The notes beneath the pieces were generated by a model. It did not search any database. It was not told where the DNA came from and saw nothing but the letters and a program-made list of their open reading frames with translations. Of a stretch of 64,000 bases of DNA, positions 10,449 through 21,302 are shown piece after piece; position 1 is the stretch's first letter; every line of letters begins with the position of its first letter. This DNA is from Alphaproteobacteria bacterium (lineage in GTDB: Bacteria; Pseudomonadota; Alphaproteobacteria; Bin95). Location: assembly GCA_964291285.2 (NCBI GenBank), contig OZ219786.1, forward strand, positions 544,001 to 608,000, in the 5' to 3' direction. A program made the position numbers and the translations under genes.

Positions 10449-11569
10449 GCTTCCTGCCCCGCACCGACCGAAGCTGGACAGCCCAATGGGTCTGGACGGT
10501 GGACCGGATGACGGTCGGCGCCGCAGCGGCGCTGATCGTATTCGGCGTCATCCTGATCGCGACAGCCGGGCCCGCTGTCGCCGAGTTGAACGGCGACCAC
10601 CGCTTCCACTTCCTGTTCAAGCACGCCCTGTTCCTGCCGGTCGCAATCTGCATCATGGCCGGCTGCGCACTGCTGAGCCCGGTCCAGGTGCTCCAGACCG
10701 CCTGCCTCGTATGCGCCGGCGCTCTGCTGCTGACGCTTGTAACCGCTCTTGTCGGACTGGAGAACAAGGGCGCCCAGCGCTGGCTCTCGCTTGGCGTCAT
10801 CGGCCTGCAGCCTTCGGAGTTCCTGAAACCGGGCATGGCCGTGGTGTCCGCCTGGCTGTTCGCCCATTACCGCATCGTCGTCGGCTCCCGCGCGCTTGTA
10901 ATCGCCGCCGGACTGCTGGCCGTCGTCTCCGCCGCCCTGCTGCTGCAGCCCGATGTCGGCATGACCTTCATGGTCGTTTCGGTATGGTTCGGGCAATTCG
11001 CGCTGGCCGGCATGCCGGCGCTGGCGCTGGCCGGCCTCTTCCTGGCGGCAGGAATGGGCGGGGTCGTAGCCTATTTCGGCTTCGACCACGTTTCGAACCG
11101 CGTCAACGCCTTCTTCGACGGCAGCGGCGGCGACCGCTACCAGATCGGCCGGTCCCTCGAATCCTTCAAGCAGGGCGGCCTTGTCGGCCAGGGACCCGGT
11201 GAGGGCACCGTCAAGGACACCCTGCCGGACGCTCATGCGGACTTCATTTTCGCCGTGCTGGGCGAGGAGTTCGGTCTCCTGGTCTGCATCGCCGTGGTCG
11301 GGCTCTACGGCCTCATCGTCTGCCGGGGTGCGCTCCGGCTGATGGCGGAGGAAAACCTGTTCGTCTTCCTGGCCGTCTCCGGCCTGCTCGCGAGCTTCGG
11401 CCTTCAGGCGTTCATCAACATGGCGTCGGCGCTGGAGGTCATCCCGACCAAGGGCACCACCCTGCCCTTCCTCAGCTATGGCGGCTCGTCGCTGTTCGCC
11501 GCCTCGATCACGCTCGGCTTCGTCCTCGCGCTCAACCGGCGCCGGGACGGGCAGGCGGAAGTGCTGTGA
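10445..11569 (+). CDS. ftsW: SEDS glycosyltransferase FtsW
   Basis: GAQRWL, QPSEFLK, QPDVG, DAHADFIF, PTKGTTLPFLSYGGSS. Confidence 0.95.
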   Translation: MSFLPRTDRSWTAQWVWTVDRMTVGAAAALIVFGVILIATAGPAVAELNGDHRFHFLFKHALFLPVAICIMAGCALLSPVQVLQTACLVCAGALLLTLVTALVGLENKGAQRWLSLGVIGLQPSEFLKPGMAVVSAWLFAHYRIVVGSRALVIAAGLLAVVSAALLLQPDVGMTFMVVSVWFGQFALAGMPALALAGLFLAAGMGGVVAYFGFDHVSNRVNAFFDGSGGDRYQIGRSLESFKQGGLVGQGPGEGTVKDTLPDAHADFIFAVLGEEFGLLVCIAVVGLYGLIVCRGALRLMAEENLFVFLAVSGLLASFGLQAFINMASALEVIPTKGTTLPFLSYGGSSLFAASITLGFVLALNRRRDGQAEVL

Positions 11570-12606
11570 TGGCCGGCCCCATCGCCATCGCCGCCGGCGG
11601 CACCGGAGGCCATGTCTTTCCCGCCCGCGCCTTCGCCGCCTGCCTCGCCGCCCGCGGCGAAGCGGCCATTGCCGTCACCGACCGGCGGGGCGCCGCCTTC
11701 ACGGGCGATGCGCCGGTGCATACCATCCGGGCCGGAGCGCCCCGCAGCCTGCGCGGCCTCCTGCAGCTCGGGCTCGGCGTGTTCGACGCCCGCAAGGTGC
11801 TTGCCAGGACGCGCACCTCCGCGGTCGTCGGCTTCGGCGGCTATCCCTCCGCGCCGACCGTGCTCGCGGCCCGCTGGCTCGGCCTCACGACCGTGCTGCA
11901 CGAACAGAACGCACTCCTCGGCAGGACCAACCGGCTGCTTGCGCGCGGCAGGGTCAAGGTCGCCGCCAGCTATCCCGGTGTGGGAGACCGCCTTGTCGGC
12001 AATCCCGTCAGGCCGGAGATCGCGGCGCTCCGCGACCGGCCCTACGCGCCCCCTCAGACCGGCGAGCCCCTGCGGCTCCTGGTCTTCGGCGGCAGCCAGG
12101 GCGCGCGCATCTTTTCCGAAGTGCTGCCGGAGGCGCTCGGCCCTCTTGCCGGCCGGGTCGTCGTCCGCCAGCAATGCCGCGCGGAAGACCTGGAGGCGGC
12201 GCGAGACGCCTATCGCAGGCAGGGCGTCGAAGCATCCCTGGCGCCCTTCATCGAGGACATGGCAAGCGCGCTCGGCGAAGCGCATCTGGTCGTCGCCCGG
12301 GCGGGAGCCTCTACCGTGGCGGAACTCGCGGCTGCGGGCCGGCCCGCCGTCTTCGCGCCCTATCCCCATGCGACCGACGACCACCAGAGCGCCAATGCCC
12401 GGGCCGTCATCGAGGCGGGCGGAGGCTGGCTGCTCCCCGACCGCGACTTCACCCCGGACCGGCTGCGCGACCTGGTGGAAGCCTGTCTGACAGAGCCCGA
12501 CCGGCTTGCGCGCGCCGCAGCGGGCGCACGGCAATTCGGCAGGCCCGACGCGGCCGACGCCCTCGTGGACTTCGTCCTTTCGGAAGTCCGGGAGGCCGGG
12601 CCATGA
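11569..12606 (+). CDS. murG: Lipid I GlcNAc transferase
   Basis: GGTGGHVFPA, GFGGYPS, HEQN, GNPVR, GGSQGA, RAGASTVAE. Confidence 0.97.
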   Translation: MAGPIAIAAGGTGGHVFPARAFAACLAARGEAAIAVTDRRGAAFTGDAPVHTIRAGAPRSLRGLLQLGLGVFDARKVLARTRTSAVVGFGGYPSAPTVLAARWLGLTTVLHEQNALLGRTNRLLARGRVKVAASYPGVGDRLVGNPVRPEIAALRDRPYAPPQTGEPLRLLVFGGSQGARIFSEVLPEALGPLAGRVVVRQQCRAEDLEAARDAYRRQGVEASLAPFIEDMASALGEAHLVVARAGASTVAELAAAGRPAVFAPYPHATDDHQSANARAVIEAGGGWLLPDRDFTPDRLRDLVEACLTEPDRLARAAAGARQFGRPDAADALVDFVLSEVREAGP

Positions 12607-13988
12607 GTCCGCTCCCGCTTCCCTTCGGGCCGCTCCATTTCATCGGGATCGGGGGCATCGGCATGAGCGGCATCGCCGAGCTGCTGCACCGGCTCGGTTG
12701 CCCGGTCGGCGGAAGCGATGCGCAGGCGAGCGCCAACACGGCCCGGCTGCAGGCGCTCGGCCTGACCGTCCGGATCGGCCATGACGCCGGCAATCTCGGC
12801 GAGGCGGCGGCGGTCGTGGTCTCGACGGCCGTTCCCGAGGACAACGCCGAACGGCAGGAGGCGCTCCGGCGGGGTATTCCGGTCCTGCATCGCTCGGAGG
12901 CGCTGGCCGCCATCGCCTCGCTCTCATGGCCGATCGCGGTCTCCGGCACGCATGGAAAGACCACGACCACCGCGATGATTGCCGCAGTGCTCGAAGCCGA
13001 CGGGCTGGATCCGACGGTCGTCAACGGCGGCATCCTCGAAGGCCTCGGCTCCAATGCAAAACTGGGCCGGGGCGACTGGGCGGTTATCGAGGCGGACGAG
13101 AGCGACAGGTCGTTCCTCAACCTGCCGGCGACGCTTGCCGTGGTCACCAATATCGAAGCCGAGCATATGGAGCACTACCGCGACCTTGCCGAGATCGAGG
13201 CGTGCTTCGCCCGGTTCGCGGACTCGGTGCCGCCTTTCGGCAGCGCCATTCTGTCCGCGGACAATGAAGGCTCGCGCCGGCTGATGGAGCGGTGCCGGCG
13301 GCCCGTGCTTCGCTACGGCTTTGCGCCCGACGCCGATATTCGCGGCGGCGGGCTGGTGCTGGAGCCCGCAGGCAGCCGGCTCAATGTGTCGGGACTCGCG
13401 GAGATCGAGGACCTGAGGGTCGGCGTGCCCGGCCGCCACAATGCGGAGAACGCGCTCGCAGCCGTTTCGGTCGGCCATCTCCTGGGCATCTCCGAGGACG
13501 CCATTCGCCGGGCGCTCGCGGAGTTCCGGGGCGTGCAGCGCCGGTTCACGCTGGCGGGCGAGGTGGACGGCGTGCGCATCATCGACGACTACGCCCATCA
13601 CCCGACGGAGATCGCGGCCGTGCTGGCCACGGCCCGGCTGGCCGGATGCGGGCGGGTCATGGCGGTCATGCAGCCCCATCGCTACACCCGCCTGAACGCG
13701 CTGCTCGACGAATTCGCGCACTGTTTCGCCCAGGCCGACAAGGTATTGGTCGCCCCGGTCTATGCTGCCGGAGAGTCCCCCATCGCCGGTGCGAACCGGG
13801 ATGCGCTGGTAGCCGCGGCCCGCGCCAGCGGGCACCGGGATGTGAAAGCGATCGACGGCCCCGACGACCTGGCGGCCTGCGCAGGCCGATGGGCGGCCCC
13901 CGGAGACATCATCGTCTGCCTCGGTGCGGGCTCGATCACCGCATGGGCGCACGCCCTGCCGGAATCGCTCCGGGAGGCCCGCAAATGA
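12603..13988 (+). CDS. murC: UDP-MurNAc:L-Ala ligase
   Basis: GIGGIGMSG, GTHGKTTTT, EADESD, DDYAHHPTE, QPHRYTR. Confidence 0.97.
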   Translation: MSPLPLPFGPLHFIGIGGIGMSGIAELLHRLGCPVGGSDAQASANTARLQALGLTVRIGHDAGNLGEAAAVVVSTAVPEDNAERQEALRRGIPVLHRSEALAAIASLSWPIAVSGTHGKTTTTAMIAAVLEADGLDPTVVNGGILEGLGSNAKLGRGDWAVIEADESDRSFLNLPATLAVVTNIEAEHMEHYRDLAEIEACFARFADSVPPFGSAILSADNEGSRRLMERCRRPVLRYGFAPDADIRGGGLVLEPAGSRLNVSGLAEIEDLRVGVPGRHNAENALAAVSVGHLLGISEDAIRRALAEFRGVQRRFTLAGEVDGVRIIDDYAHHPTEIAAVLATARLAGCGRVMAVMQPHRYTRLNALLDEFAHCFAQADKVLVAPVYAAGESPIAGANRDALVAAARASGHRDVKAIDGPDDLAACAGRWAAPGDIIVCLGAGSITAWAHALPESLREARK

Positions 13989-14893
13989 CCCCGCGCTTCC
14001 CCCTTCCCTGCATCCGGGGGCGCGTGAGCGCGGCCGCCCCGCTCGACCGGATTACCTGGTTCCGGGTCGGCGGTCCTGCGGAGGCGATGGCCCGCCCGTT
14101 GGACCGGTCCGACCTGCAGGCCCTGCTGATCCAACTGCCCGAGGATGTGCCGCTCACCGTTCTCGGCGTCGCGTCCAACACGCTGGTCCGGGACGGCGGC
14201 ATTGACGGGCTCGTGCTGAGGCTCGGCCGCGGTTTCGCCGATATCCGAGCAGAGGGCGAGACGGTTTTCGCCGGGGCCGCCGCCCTTTGCGCCAATGTCG
14301 CCCGCACGGCCGCGGACGCCGGACTCGGCGGGCTCGAATTCCTTTCCGGCATACCGGGCACGGTCGGCGGCGCACTCGCCATGAATGCCGGCGCCTATGG
14401 CCGCGAGACCGCCGATGTGCTGCTGGATGCCGATGCGATGACGCGCCAGGGCGAAGTCGAACGCCTCTTCAATGCCGATTTCGGCTTCCGCTATCGCGGC
14501 AACGAGGTGGGCAAGGATCGCATCTTCCTCTCGGCACGTTTCCGGGGCGTGAAGCGGCCCGCCGAAGAGGTGCGCACCGCCATGGCCGAAATCGCGGCGG
14601 CGCGCGAAGCGAGCCAGCCGATCCGCTCGCGCACGGGCGGCTCCACCTTCCGCAATCCGGCCGGCGCCAGCGCCTGGGAGTTGATCGACCGGGCCGGCTG
14701 CCGTGGATTGAAGCGCGGCGGCGCGATGGTCTCCGAGATGCACTGCAATTTTCTTGTGAACACCGGCTCGGCGAGCGCCGCCGATCTCGAAGACCTGGCC
14801 GAGGACGTGCGCGCCCGCGTGCTTGCCGCCACAGGCGTCGGCCTCGACTGGGAGATCGAGCGCGTCGGCCGCCGGGGAGCGCCGCCGGCATGA
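13985..14893 (+). CDS. murB: UDP-N-acetylenolpyruvoylglucosamine reductase
   Basis: WFRVGGPA, GIPGTVGG, MNAGAYG, TGGSTFRNP, HCNFLVN. Confidence 0.97.
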   Translation: MTPRFPLPCIRGRVSAAAPLDRITWFRVGGPAEAMARPLDRSDLQALLIQLPEDVPLTVLGVASNTLVRDGGIDGLVLRLGRGFADIRAEGETVFAGAAALCANVARTAADAGLGGLEFLSGIPGTVGGALAMNAGAYGRETADVLLDADAMTRQGEVERLFNADFGFRYRGNEVGKDRIFLSARFRGVKRPAEEVRTAMAEIAAAREASQPIRSRTGGSTFRNPAGASAWELIDRAGCRGLKRGGAMVSEMHCNFLVNTGSASAADLEDLAEDVRARVLAATGVGLDWEIERVGRRGAPPA

Positions 14894-15792
14894 ACAGGAT
14901 CGCAGTGCTCATGGGCGGCGTGTCCGCAGAACGGGAGGTTTCGCTGACCACGGGCCGGGCCGTGTGCGAGGCTCTGACCAAGCTCGGTTACTCGGTCGAT
15001 CCCATCGATGTCGGGGCCGACATTCCCGCGCTTGCGGCACGGCTGACCCCGGCGCCCGACGCCGCCTTCAACGCCCTTCACGGGCGCTTCGGCGAGGATG
15101 GCTGCATCCAGGGTCTGCTCGAACTCATGGGCATTCCCTACACCCATTCCGGCATACGCGCCTCGGCGCTCGCCATGGACAAGGCGGCGTCGAAGGCGGT
15201 GTTCAGGACGGCCGGCATCGCCGTGCCCGACGGCAAGGTGGTGTGCTGCGGGGACGCGCATGACTCCATGCCGCCGCCCTATGTGGTCAAGCCGGTCTCG
15301 GAGGGCTCGAGCGTCGGCGTTATCATCGTCGAGGAAGGCTCCAACGCCGTTCCCCTCTCGCCCGAGACCTGGCCTTTCGGCGGCAGGGCCCTGGTGGAAC
15401 GCTATATTCCCGGCCGTGAACTCACCGTCGCCGTAAATGACGGCCGGGCACTCGGCCTGCTGGAAATCCGGCCCTACCAGGGCTTCTACGATTACGACAC
15501 GAAATATACCGAAGCGCGCGCGGAGCATCTGGTTCCGGCGCCGGTCGATGAGGATGTGGCGGCCCAGGCGCTCGACATGGCTGAACGGGCGCATGCGGCG
15601 CTCGGCTGCCGGTCGGTCACGCGCGCCGACTTCCGCTATGACGAGCATGGCGGCGGGCTTTACCTGCTGGAGGTCAACACCCAGCCGGGGCTGACGCCGC
15701 TCTCCCTCGTGCCGGAAATCGCCGCTTGGGCAGGCATCGATTTTCCGAGCCTCGTCCAGTTGATGACGGAGGCGGCCCGATGCGATTTCTGA
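14890..15792 (+). CDS. ddl: D-Ala-D-Ala ligase
   Basis: GGVSAEREVS, LHGRFGEDG, EGSSVG, YDYDTKY, LEVNTQPG. Confidence 0.97.
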   Translation: MNRIAVLMGGVSAEREVSLTTGRAVCEALTKLGYSVDPIDVGADIPALAARLTPAPDAAFNALHGRFGEDGCIQGLLELMGIPYTHSGIRASALAMDKAASKAVFRTAGIAVPDGKVVCCGDAHDSMPPPYVVKPVSEGSSVGVIIVEEGSNAVPLSPETWPFGGRALVERYIPGRELTVAVNDGRALGLLEIRPYQGFYDYDTKYTEARAEHLVPAPVDEDVAAQALDMAERAHAALGCRSVTRADFRYDEHGGGLYLLEVNTQPGLTPLSLVPEIAAWAGIDFPSLVQLMTEAARCDF

Positions 15793-16565
15793 AGCTCCGG
15801 CCGCGCAGGCGGTGGCTTCTGCGCCTGGGAGCGGTGCTGCTGCTGGCGACAGGAACGGCCGCCGCTGTCCGCACCGGCGAATCCGAATGGGCCGCCCGCC
15901 ACTTCCGCGCCGCCATGGAGCGGGCCTACGCCTTGTCCGTTCGCGCCGGTTTCGAGGTCCGCGAAGTGATGGTGATCGGCCGCAAGCAGACGACGCGGGA
16001 AGAGGTCCGGAGCGCTCTCGGGGCCGTCGCCGGCTCGCCCATCCTCGGTGTGGACATCCGCGCCGCGCGCAGGCGCGTCGAGGCCTTGCCCTGGGTGCAG
16101 CAGGCGGAAGTGGAACGGGCGCTTCCGGACCTGCTGGTCGTGCGGCTGGTCGAGCGCGAGACGCTCGCTGTCTGGGACCGCGGGCGGGACTTCGCGGTCA
16201 TCGACAGGACAGGCCGCGAAATCCCCGGCCTCGACCCGCGCGACTTTGCCGACCTGCCGGTCGTCCGCGGCGAGGGCGCCGCCGCAGCCGCTCCCGCCAT
16301 TCTCGCCACGCTCGGACAGGAACCGGACGTCGCGTGGCGCGTCACCGGACTCACCTATGTGTCGGGCAGGCGCTGGAACGTCCATCTGGACTGGCGGATC
16401 GAGATAAAGCTGCCCGAAGAAGGCGCCGAGGCCGCCTGGGCCCGCCTTGCGCAGATCAACCGGGAACGCCGTCTGCTCGACGGAGACATCGCCCATATCG
16501 ACATGCGTTTCGACGGCCGGATGGTCCTTCGCATGGCCCGAAACGAGACCGCGGAACGGAGCTGA
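15780..16565 (+). CDS. ftsQ: Cell division protein FtsQ
   Basis: TM followed by POTRA-like region (LPWVQQAEVER), RRWNV, IDMR; between ddl and ftsA. Confidence 0.88.
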   Translation: MRFLKLRPRRRWLLRLGAVLLLATGTAAAVRTGESEWAARHFRAAMERAYALSVRAGFEVREVMVIGRKQTTREEVRSALGAVAGSPILGVDIRAARRRVEALPWVQQAEVERALPDLLVVRLVERETLAVWDRGRDFAVIDRTGREIPGLDPRDFADLPVVRGEGAAAAAPAILATLGQEPDVAWRVTGLTYVSGRRWNVHLDWRIEIKLPEEGAEAAWARLAQINRERRLLDGDIAHIDMRFDGRMVLRMARNETAERS

Positions 16566-16569
16566 ACCC

Positions 16570-17808
16570 ATGGCGCGGGAGAACATCGTCGCAGCGCTGG
16601 ATGTCGGCAGCACCAAGGTCTGCTGCTTCATCGCCAGGGTCCTGGAAGAAGGGCCCCTCGATGTCATCGGCATCGGCGACCGCGCCTCGCGCGGCATCCT
16701 CGAGGGCGCCGTTGTCGATATCCATGCCGCCGGCCAGGCCATCGCCACGGCGATTTCCCATGCCGAACGCATGGCCGGCGTCGAGGTTCAGCAGATCTAC
16801 GTGGCGACCGGCGGCGGGCGTCCGGCGAGCCAGCGCATCCGCGTCGAGCTTCCGGTCCCAGGTCCGAGGATCGTCCCTGCCGATATTCGCGGGATCCAGA
16901 ACACTGCCTATGCGCGCATCGAGACCAGGGACCGCCGCCTGCTTCTGGTCCGGCCGCTGGACTATGTGGTCGACGGCGTGGACGGCATCGAAAACCCGCT
17001 CGGCATGTATGGCAGCCGCATTGGCATCGACCTCCATGCGGTCACCGCCGAAGCCGGGCCGATCGCCAATCTGGAAGCTTGCGTCAGGGCGGCGCATGTC
17101 GAGGTCGCCGGCATTCTCCCCGCCCCCTACGCGGCGGGCCTGGCCGTGCTCAGCGAAGAGGACCGCGAGCTCGGCATAGCGGTGGCCGACATGGGCGGCG
17201 GGACGACGGGAATCGCCGTCTTCAACAACCGCGGCGTGACTTTCGTGGACGTATTGAAGAAGGGCGGCGCGCGGCTGACCGAGGATGTCGCCTACGCCTT
17301 CTCCATGAACTTCCGCGAGGCCGAGGAGATCAAGGTCAAGGAGGCGAGCTGCCTTAGCGGCTCACCCTTCGAGACGGACCCGCTGCCGGACGCAAATGCG
17401 GAAGAGAGTTACGGGAAGAACGGCCGCCATGTGGTTCCGCCCTATCTGAGGCAGATCGTTACGCCGCGAACGGAACAGACCTTTGAGCGCGTCCGCGCCC
17501 GCCTGGACGAGACCTACGCCCAGATGGAAGCGGGACGGCGGGTCGTTCTTGCCGGCGGCGCCAGCCAGCTGGTCGGCGCCGCCCGGCTGGGCGAGCTGAT
17601 CCTGGAACGCCAGGTCCGCACGGGAAGCATCGGACCCGCCTTCCGGATCGCCGACTCCCGCACCGGCCCCGCTTATGCCGCCTGCGCCGGCCTGCTCGTG
17701 CATGCCCGCGGCGGGGATGCGCCCGCCGCGCTCTCCATGCCGGCGCTCGCGCCCGCCTCCACACATCTCTTCGCCCGCTTCGGCGCATGGATGCGCCAGC
17801 ACATCTGA
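16570..17808 (+). CDS. ftsA: Cell division protein FtsA
   Basis: [23 protein letters not shown] and C-terminal amphipathic helix ([12 protein letters not shown]). Confidence 0.93.
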   Translation: MARENIVAALDVGSTKVCCFIARVLEEGPLDVIGIGDRASRGILEGAVVDIHAAGQAIATAISHAERMAGVEVQQIYVATGGGRPASQRIRVELPVPGPRIVPADIRGIQNTAYARIETRDRRLLLVRPLDYVVDGVDGIENPLGMYGSRIGIDLHAVTAEAGPIANLEACVRAAHVEVAGILPAPYAAGLAVLSEEDRELGIAVADMGGGTTGIAVFNNRGVTFVDVLKKGGARLTEDVAYAFSMNFREAEEIKVKEASCLSGSPFETDPLPDANAEESYGKNGRHVVPPYLRQIVTPRTEQTFERVRARLDETYAQMEAGRRVVLAGGASQLVGAARLGELILERQVRTGSIGPAFRIADSRTGPAYAACAGLLVHARGGDAPAALSMPALAPASTHLFARFGAWMRQHI

Positions 17809-17851
17809 CGAGGAACCCCAAGCCAGGACGTTGCCCAGACAGGAGAACCCG

Positions 17852-19387
17852 ATGAGCACAATCAACTTCCACTCTCCGCCCGACTATGTCGAGATGAGGC
17901 CGCGAATCACGGTCATCGGCGTCGGCGGCGCGGGAGGCAACGCGGTCAACAACATGATCCGCTCCGATCTCCAGGGCGTCGAATTCCTGGTGGCCAACAC
18001 CGACGCGCAGGCGCTGGGCCTGTCGGACGCGCCCAACCGCATCCGGCTTGGCGCCAACCTGACCAACGGCCTGGGCGCCGGCGCCGAACCCGACATCGGA
18101 CGGGCGGCCGCGGAGGAAGCGCTCGACGAAGTCATGGCGGAGATCGAAGGCTGCCACATGCTCTTCATCACCGCCGGCATGGGCGGCGGCACCGGCACCG
18201 GCGCCGCCCCGGTGATCGCCCGGGCGGCGCGGGAGCGCGGCGTGCTGACCGTGGGCGTCGTCACCAAGCCGTTCAACTTCGAGGGCACGCGCCGCATGCG
18301 CGCCGCCGAGAACGGCATCGAGGAGCTGGCCAAGTTCGTCGATACGCTGATCGTCATCCCGAACCAGAACCTGTTCCAGGTGGCCGACCCGCGAACCACC
18401 CTCGCCGAAGCCTTCCAGATGGCGGACGAGGTGCTGCAATCGGGTGTGCGCGGCGTGACCGACCTGATGATCAAGCCGGGCCTTGTGAACCTCGACTTCG
18501 CCGACATCCGCTCGGTCATGCGCGAAATGGGCAAGGCGATGATGGGCACCGGCGAGGCGGAGGGCGAAACCCGCGCCATCGACGCCGCGGAAGCCGCCAT
18601 CGACAATCCGCTGCTCGACGACACCTCCATGCGGGGCGCGCAGGCGGTGCTCATCAACATCACCGGCGGTTTCGACATGGGCCTGATGGAGGTGGACGAG
18701 GCCGCCAACCGCATCCGCCGGGAAGTGGACGAAAACGCCAATATCGTGTTCGGCTCCACGCTCGACGAGAGCATGAACAACAGGATGCGCGTGTCCGTGG
18801 TCGCAACCGGCATCGAGTCGGAGTTCAAACGCGAGACGGATCCCGTCCTGCCGGGCATCGTCGTCGTCGACCGGCCGTCGGAAGACGCGGCGATGGACGC
18901 GGCAGTGCCGGAGGAGACACCGGAAGTCGCCGAAGAGCCGGCCCGCGTCGTCGCGATGACCGAGGCCGCGGAAGAAGAGGCCCCGATGGAGGCCGCTGCC
19001 GAAGCCGCCGAACAGCCCGGGGAAGCGGCGGCGCCGGCGGCAGAGCCTGCAGCGGCCGGGATCGACGATGCCGAGGCCGCGCCGGCCCGCAAGCCGGCCT
19101 ATGGCAAGGCCTTCCTGCCGGACGGCGCGGCCGCGCCGCGCAAGACGCAGCTGTTCCGCGCGCCCCCGGCCGCAGCCATGCCCGAAACCCCGCCGGCTCC
19201 GCCGCCGACGCCGCAGCGCCGCGGATGGTTCGGCCTGCCCGGCCTTCTGGGACGGGAAGCGGACGCGGCCGCCAAGGAGCCCCCGCCTCTCGAAGTGAGC
19301 ATTGGCAGCGGCAACGCGGTGCCGGCCCCGGCTGAGGACGACGAGCAGCTCAACATCCCGGCATTCCTGAAGCGCCAGGCCAACTGA
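17852..19387 (+). CDS. ftsZ: Cell division protein FtsZ with long linker
   Basis: [23 protein letters not shown]-terminal [12 protein letters not shown]; RBS AGGAG upstream. Confidence 0.98.
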   Translation: MSTINFHSPPDYVEMRPRITVIGVGGAGGNAVNNMIRSDLQGVEFLVANTDAQALGLSDAPNRIRLGANLTNGLGAGAEPDIGRAAAEEALDEVMAEIEGCHMLFITAGMGGGTGTGAAPVIARAARERGVLTVGVVTKPFNFEGTRRMRAAENGIEELAKFVDTLIVIPNQNLFQVADPRTTLAEAFQMADEVLQSGVRGVTDLMIKPGLVNLDFADIRSVMREMGKAMMGTGEAEGETRAIDAAEAAIDNPLLDDTSMRGAQAVLINITGGFDMGLMEVDEAANRIRREVDENANIVFGSTLDESMNNRMRVSVVATGIESEFKRETDPVLPGIVVVDRPSEDAAMDAAVPEETPEVAEEPARVVAMTEAAEEEAPMEAAAEAAEQPGEAAAPAAEPAAAGIDDAEAAPARKPAYGKAFLPDGAAAPRKTQLFRAPPAAAMPETPPAPPPTPQRRGWFGLPGLLGREADAAAKEPPPLEVSIGSGNAVPAPAEDDEQLNIPAFLKRQAN

Positions 19388-19393
19388 GAGCGT

Positions 19394-20242
19394 TCAGGCC
19401 GCGAATTCGGCCCTCCTGTAGCCCTGCAGGTAGAGCAGGGCCGCGAGGCCCGCCCGGTCCACCCGGATGCGGGCCTCCGCCGCCACCGCGGGCTTCGCGC
19501 GGAAGGCGACGCCGAGCCCGGCGGCGGCCAGCATGGCGAGGTCGTTGGCCCCGTCGCCGACCGCCAGCGTGTCCCGGGGCGCGAGGCCGAGCGCATTGCG
19601 GCGTTCTTCCAGCGCCCGGCGCTTCGCGTCCTGCCCGAGAACGGGTTCGAGCACGCGGCCGGTCAGCCGCCCGTCCCGCACCTCCAGCCGGTTGGCCTGC
19701 ACCTCGTGGAAGCCGAGGCGCGCGCCTACCGGCTCCGCGAACAGGGTGAAGCCGCCCGACACCAGCATGCAATGGGCGCCCGAAGCGCGCATCGTCGCGA
19801 CGGCCGCGCGCGCCCCCGGCATGAGATGGAGGCGCGCCAGCACCCGGTCCACCGCCGCCAGCGGCAGCCCGGCCAGCAGGCCGACCCGTTCCCGGACCGC
19901 CGCCTCGAAATCGAGTTCGCCATTCATCGCCCGCGCCGTGATCGCGGCCACCCGCCCGCCGATCCCGGCCTCTGCCGCCAGTTCGTCCAGCGTCTCCCCG
20001 GCGACCATGGTGGAGTCCATGTCGGCGATGAGCAGGCGCTTGCGCCGTCCGCGCGCCGGCAGCACGGCCCAGTCGATCCCCGTCTCGCCGGGCTCGGCAT
20101 CGGGCGCGGCCACCGCCATCTCGACCGCATCGGGGCCGAGCCGGCGCACCGGGCCCGCCTTGAGCCGCCCGGCGAGGCGCGCGACAATCGCCTCGTCCAG
20201 CGCCTCGCCTTCCGGCGCCATCGCCACGGCCACCCAGTCCAT
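19394..20242 (-). CDS. serB: Phosphoserine phosphatase
   Basis: ADMDST, AMNGELDF, VSGGF, GDGANDL. Start at 20242 or 20260. Confidence 0.93.
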   Translation of the reverse strand: MDWVAVAMAPEGEALDEAIVARLAGRLKAGPVRRLGPDAVEMAVAAPDAEPGETGIDWAVLPARGRRKRLLIADMDSTMVAGETLDELAAEAGIGGRVAAITARAMNGELDFEAAVRERVGLLAGLPLAAVDRVLARLHLMPGARAAVATMRASGAHCMLVSGGFTLFAEPVGARLGFHEVQANRLEVRDGRLTGRVLEPVLGQDAKRRALEERRNALGLAPRDTLAVGDGANDLAMLAAAGLGVAFRAKPAVAAEARIRVDRAGLAALLYLQGYRRAEFAA

Positions 20243-20258
20243 GACTGCATCCTGCGAC

Positions 20259-21188
20259 ATGCCGCCCATCATCGTCATTGCGGGCCCGACGGCGAGCGGT
20301 AAATCGAAGCTGGCGCTCGAAATGGCGGCCGCGCTCGGCGGCGCGGTCGTGAACGCCGACAGCATGCAGGTCTATCGCGAATTGCGGGTCCTGACCGCGC
20401 GGCCGGGGCCGGCGGAGGAGGAACGCGCGCCGCACCGGCTCTACGGCGTCATGCCCGCATGGGAGCGCTGCTCCGCCGCGCGCTGGCGGGAGATGGCGCT
20501 GGCCGCGCTGGCCGGCGAGGAGGCACATCCCGCCATTCTCTGCGGCGGAACCGGCTTCTATATCGAGGCGCTGCTGCACGGCCTTTCCGACATGCCCGAT
20601 ACGGCGCCCGGCATCGAGGCCGCCGCCCGCGCGCGCCGCGAGGCGCTGGGGGCGGAGGGCTTCCACCGCGAAGTGGCGGCGCGCGACCCGGACCTCGCCC
20701 GGCGCGTGCCGCCCGGCGACCGCCAGCGGCTGCTCAGGGCCTGGGCGGTGTTCGAGGCGACCGGCAGGCCGCTCTCCGAATGGCAGGCCGGGCCGCGCCC
20801 TGCCCCGCTCAGGGCCTGGACCATCCTCCTCGATCCGCCGCGCGAGCGGTTGCGGGCGCGCATCGAGACGCGGTTCCGCGCCATGCTGGCGGCCGGCGCG
20901 CTGGAGGAGGCGGACCGGCTCCGGGGCCTCGACCCGGACCTGCCGGCGATGAAGGCGCTGGGGCTGCCCGAGCTGCATGCCCATCTCGCCGGCGAGATCG
21001 CGCTGGAGGAGGCGGAAAGGCGCGCGGTCTTCGCCACCCGCCGTTTCGCCAAGCGCCAGCGGACCTGGTTCCGCAACCGCCTTCGCGCCGACGCGACCTT
21101 CCGGCAGGACTGGTCTCCCGACCTCCCCGCCGCCGCAATGGCCGGCCTTCCGCAGGACCTTCGCAGCCCGGAGCGGGCAAGCCCGTGA
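20259..21188 (+). CDS. miaA: tRNA dimethylallyltransferase
   Basis: GPTASGKS, NADSMQVY, GGTGFY, AKRQRTW. Alternative start 20241. Confidence 0.95.
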   Translation: MPPIIVIAGPTASGKSKLALEMAAALGGAVVNADSMQVYRELRVLTARPGPAEEERAPHRLYGVMPAWERCSAARWREMALAALAGEEAHPAILCGGTGFYIEALLHGLSDMPDTAPGIEAAARARREALGAEGFHREVAARDPDLARRVPPGDRQRLLRAWAVFEATGRPLSEWQAGPRPAPLRAWTILLDPPRERLRARIETRFRAMLAAGALEEADRLRGLDPDLPAMKALGLPELHAHLAGEIALEEAERRAVFATRRFAKRQRTWFRNRLRADATFRQDWSPDLPAAAMAGLPQDLRSPERASP

Positions 21189-21302
21189 CCGGCTTCGACA
21201 AAAGCAGCGCACCGCGTCCCGATGCCTGCCTGGCACCCTTCCCTTCGGGCCGTTCCTGCGCTCTACTGTCGGGCGACTCCCCGGCAGCAGGGACGGCTTG
21301 CC

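Noticed and set aside
18840-19340. Low-complexity Ala/Glu/Pro region in FtsZ
   Set aside because: Ordinary long disordered linker of alphaproteobacterial FtsZ.
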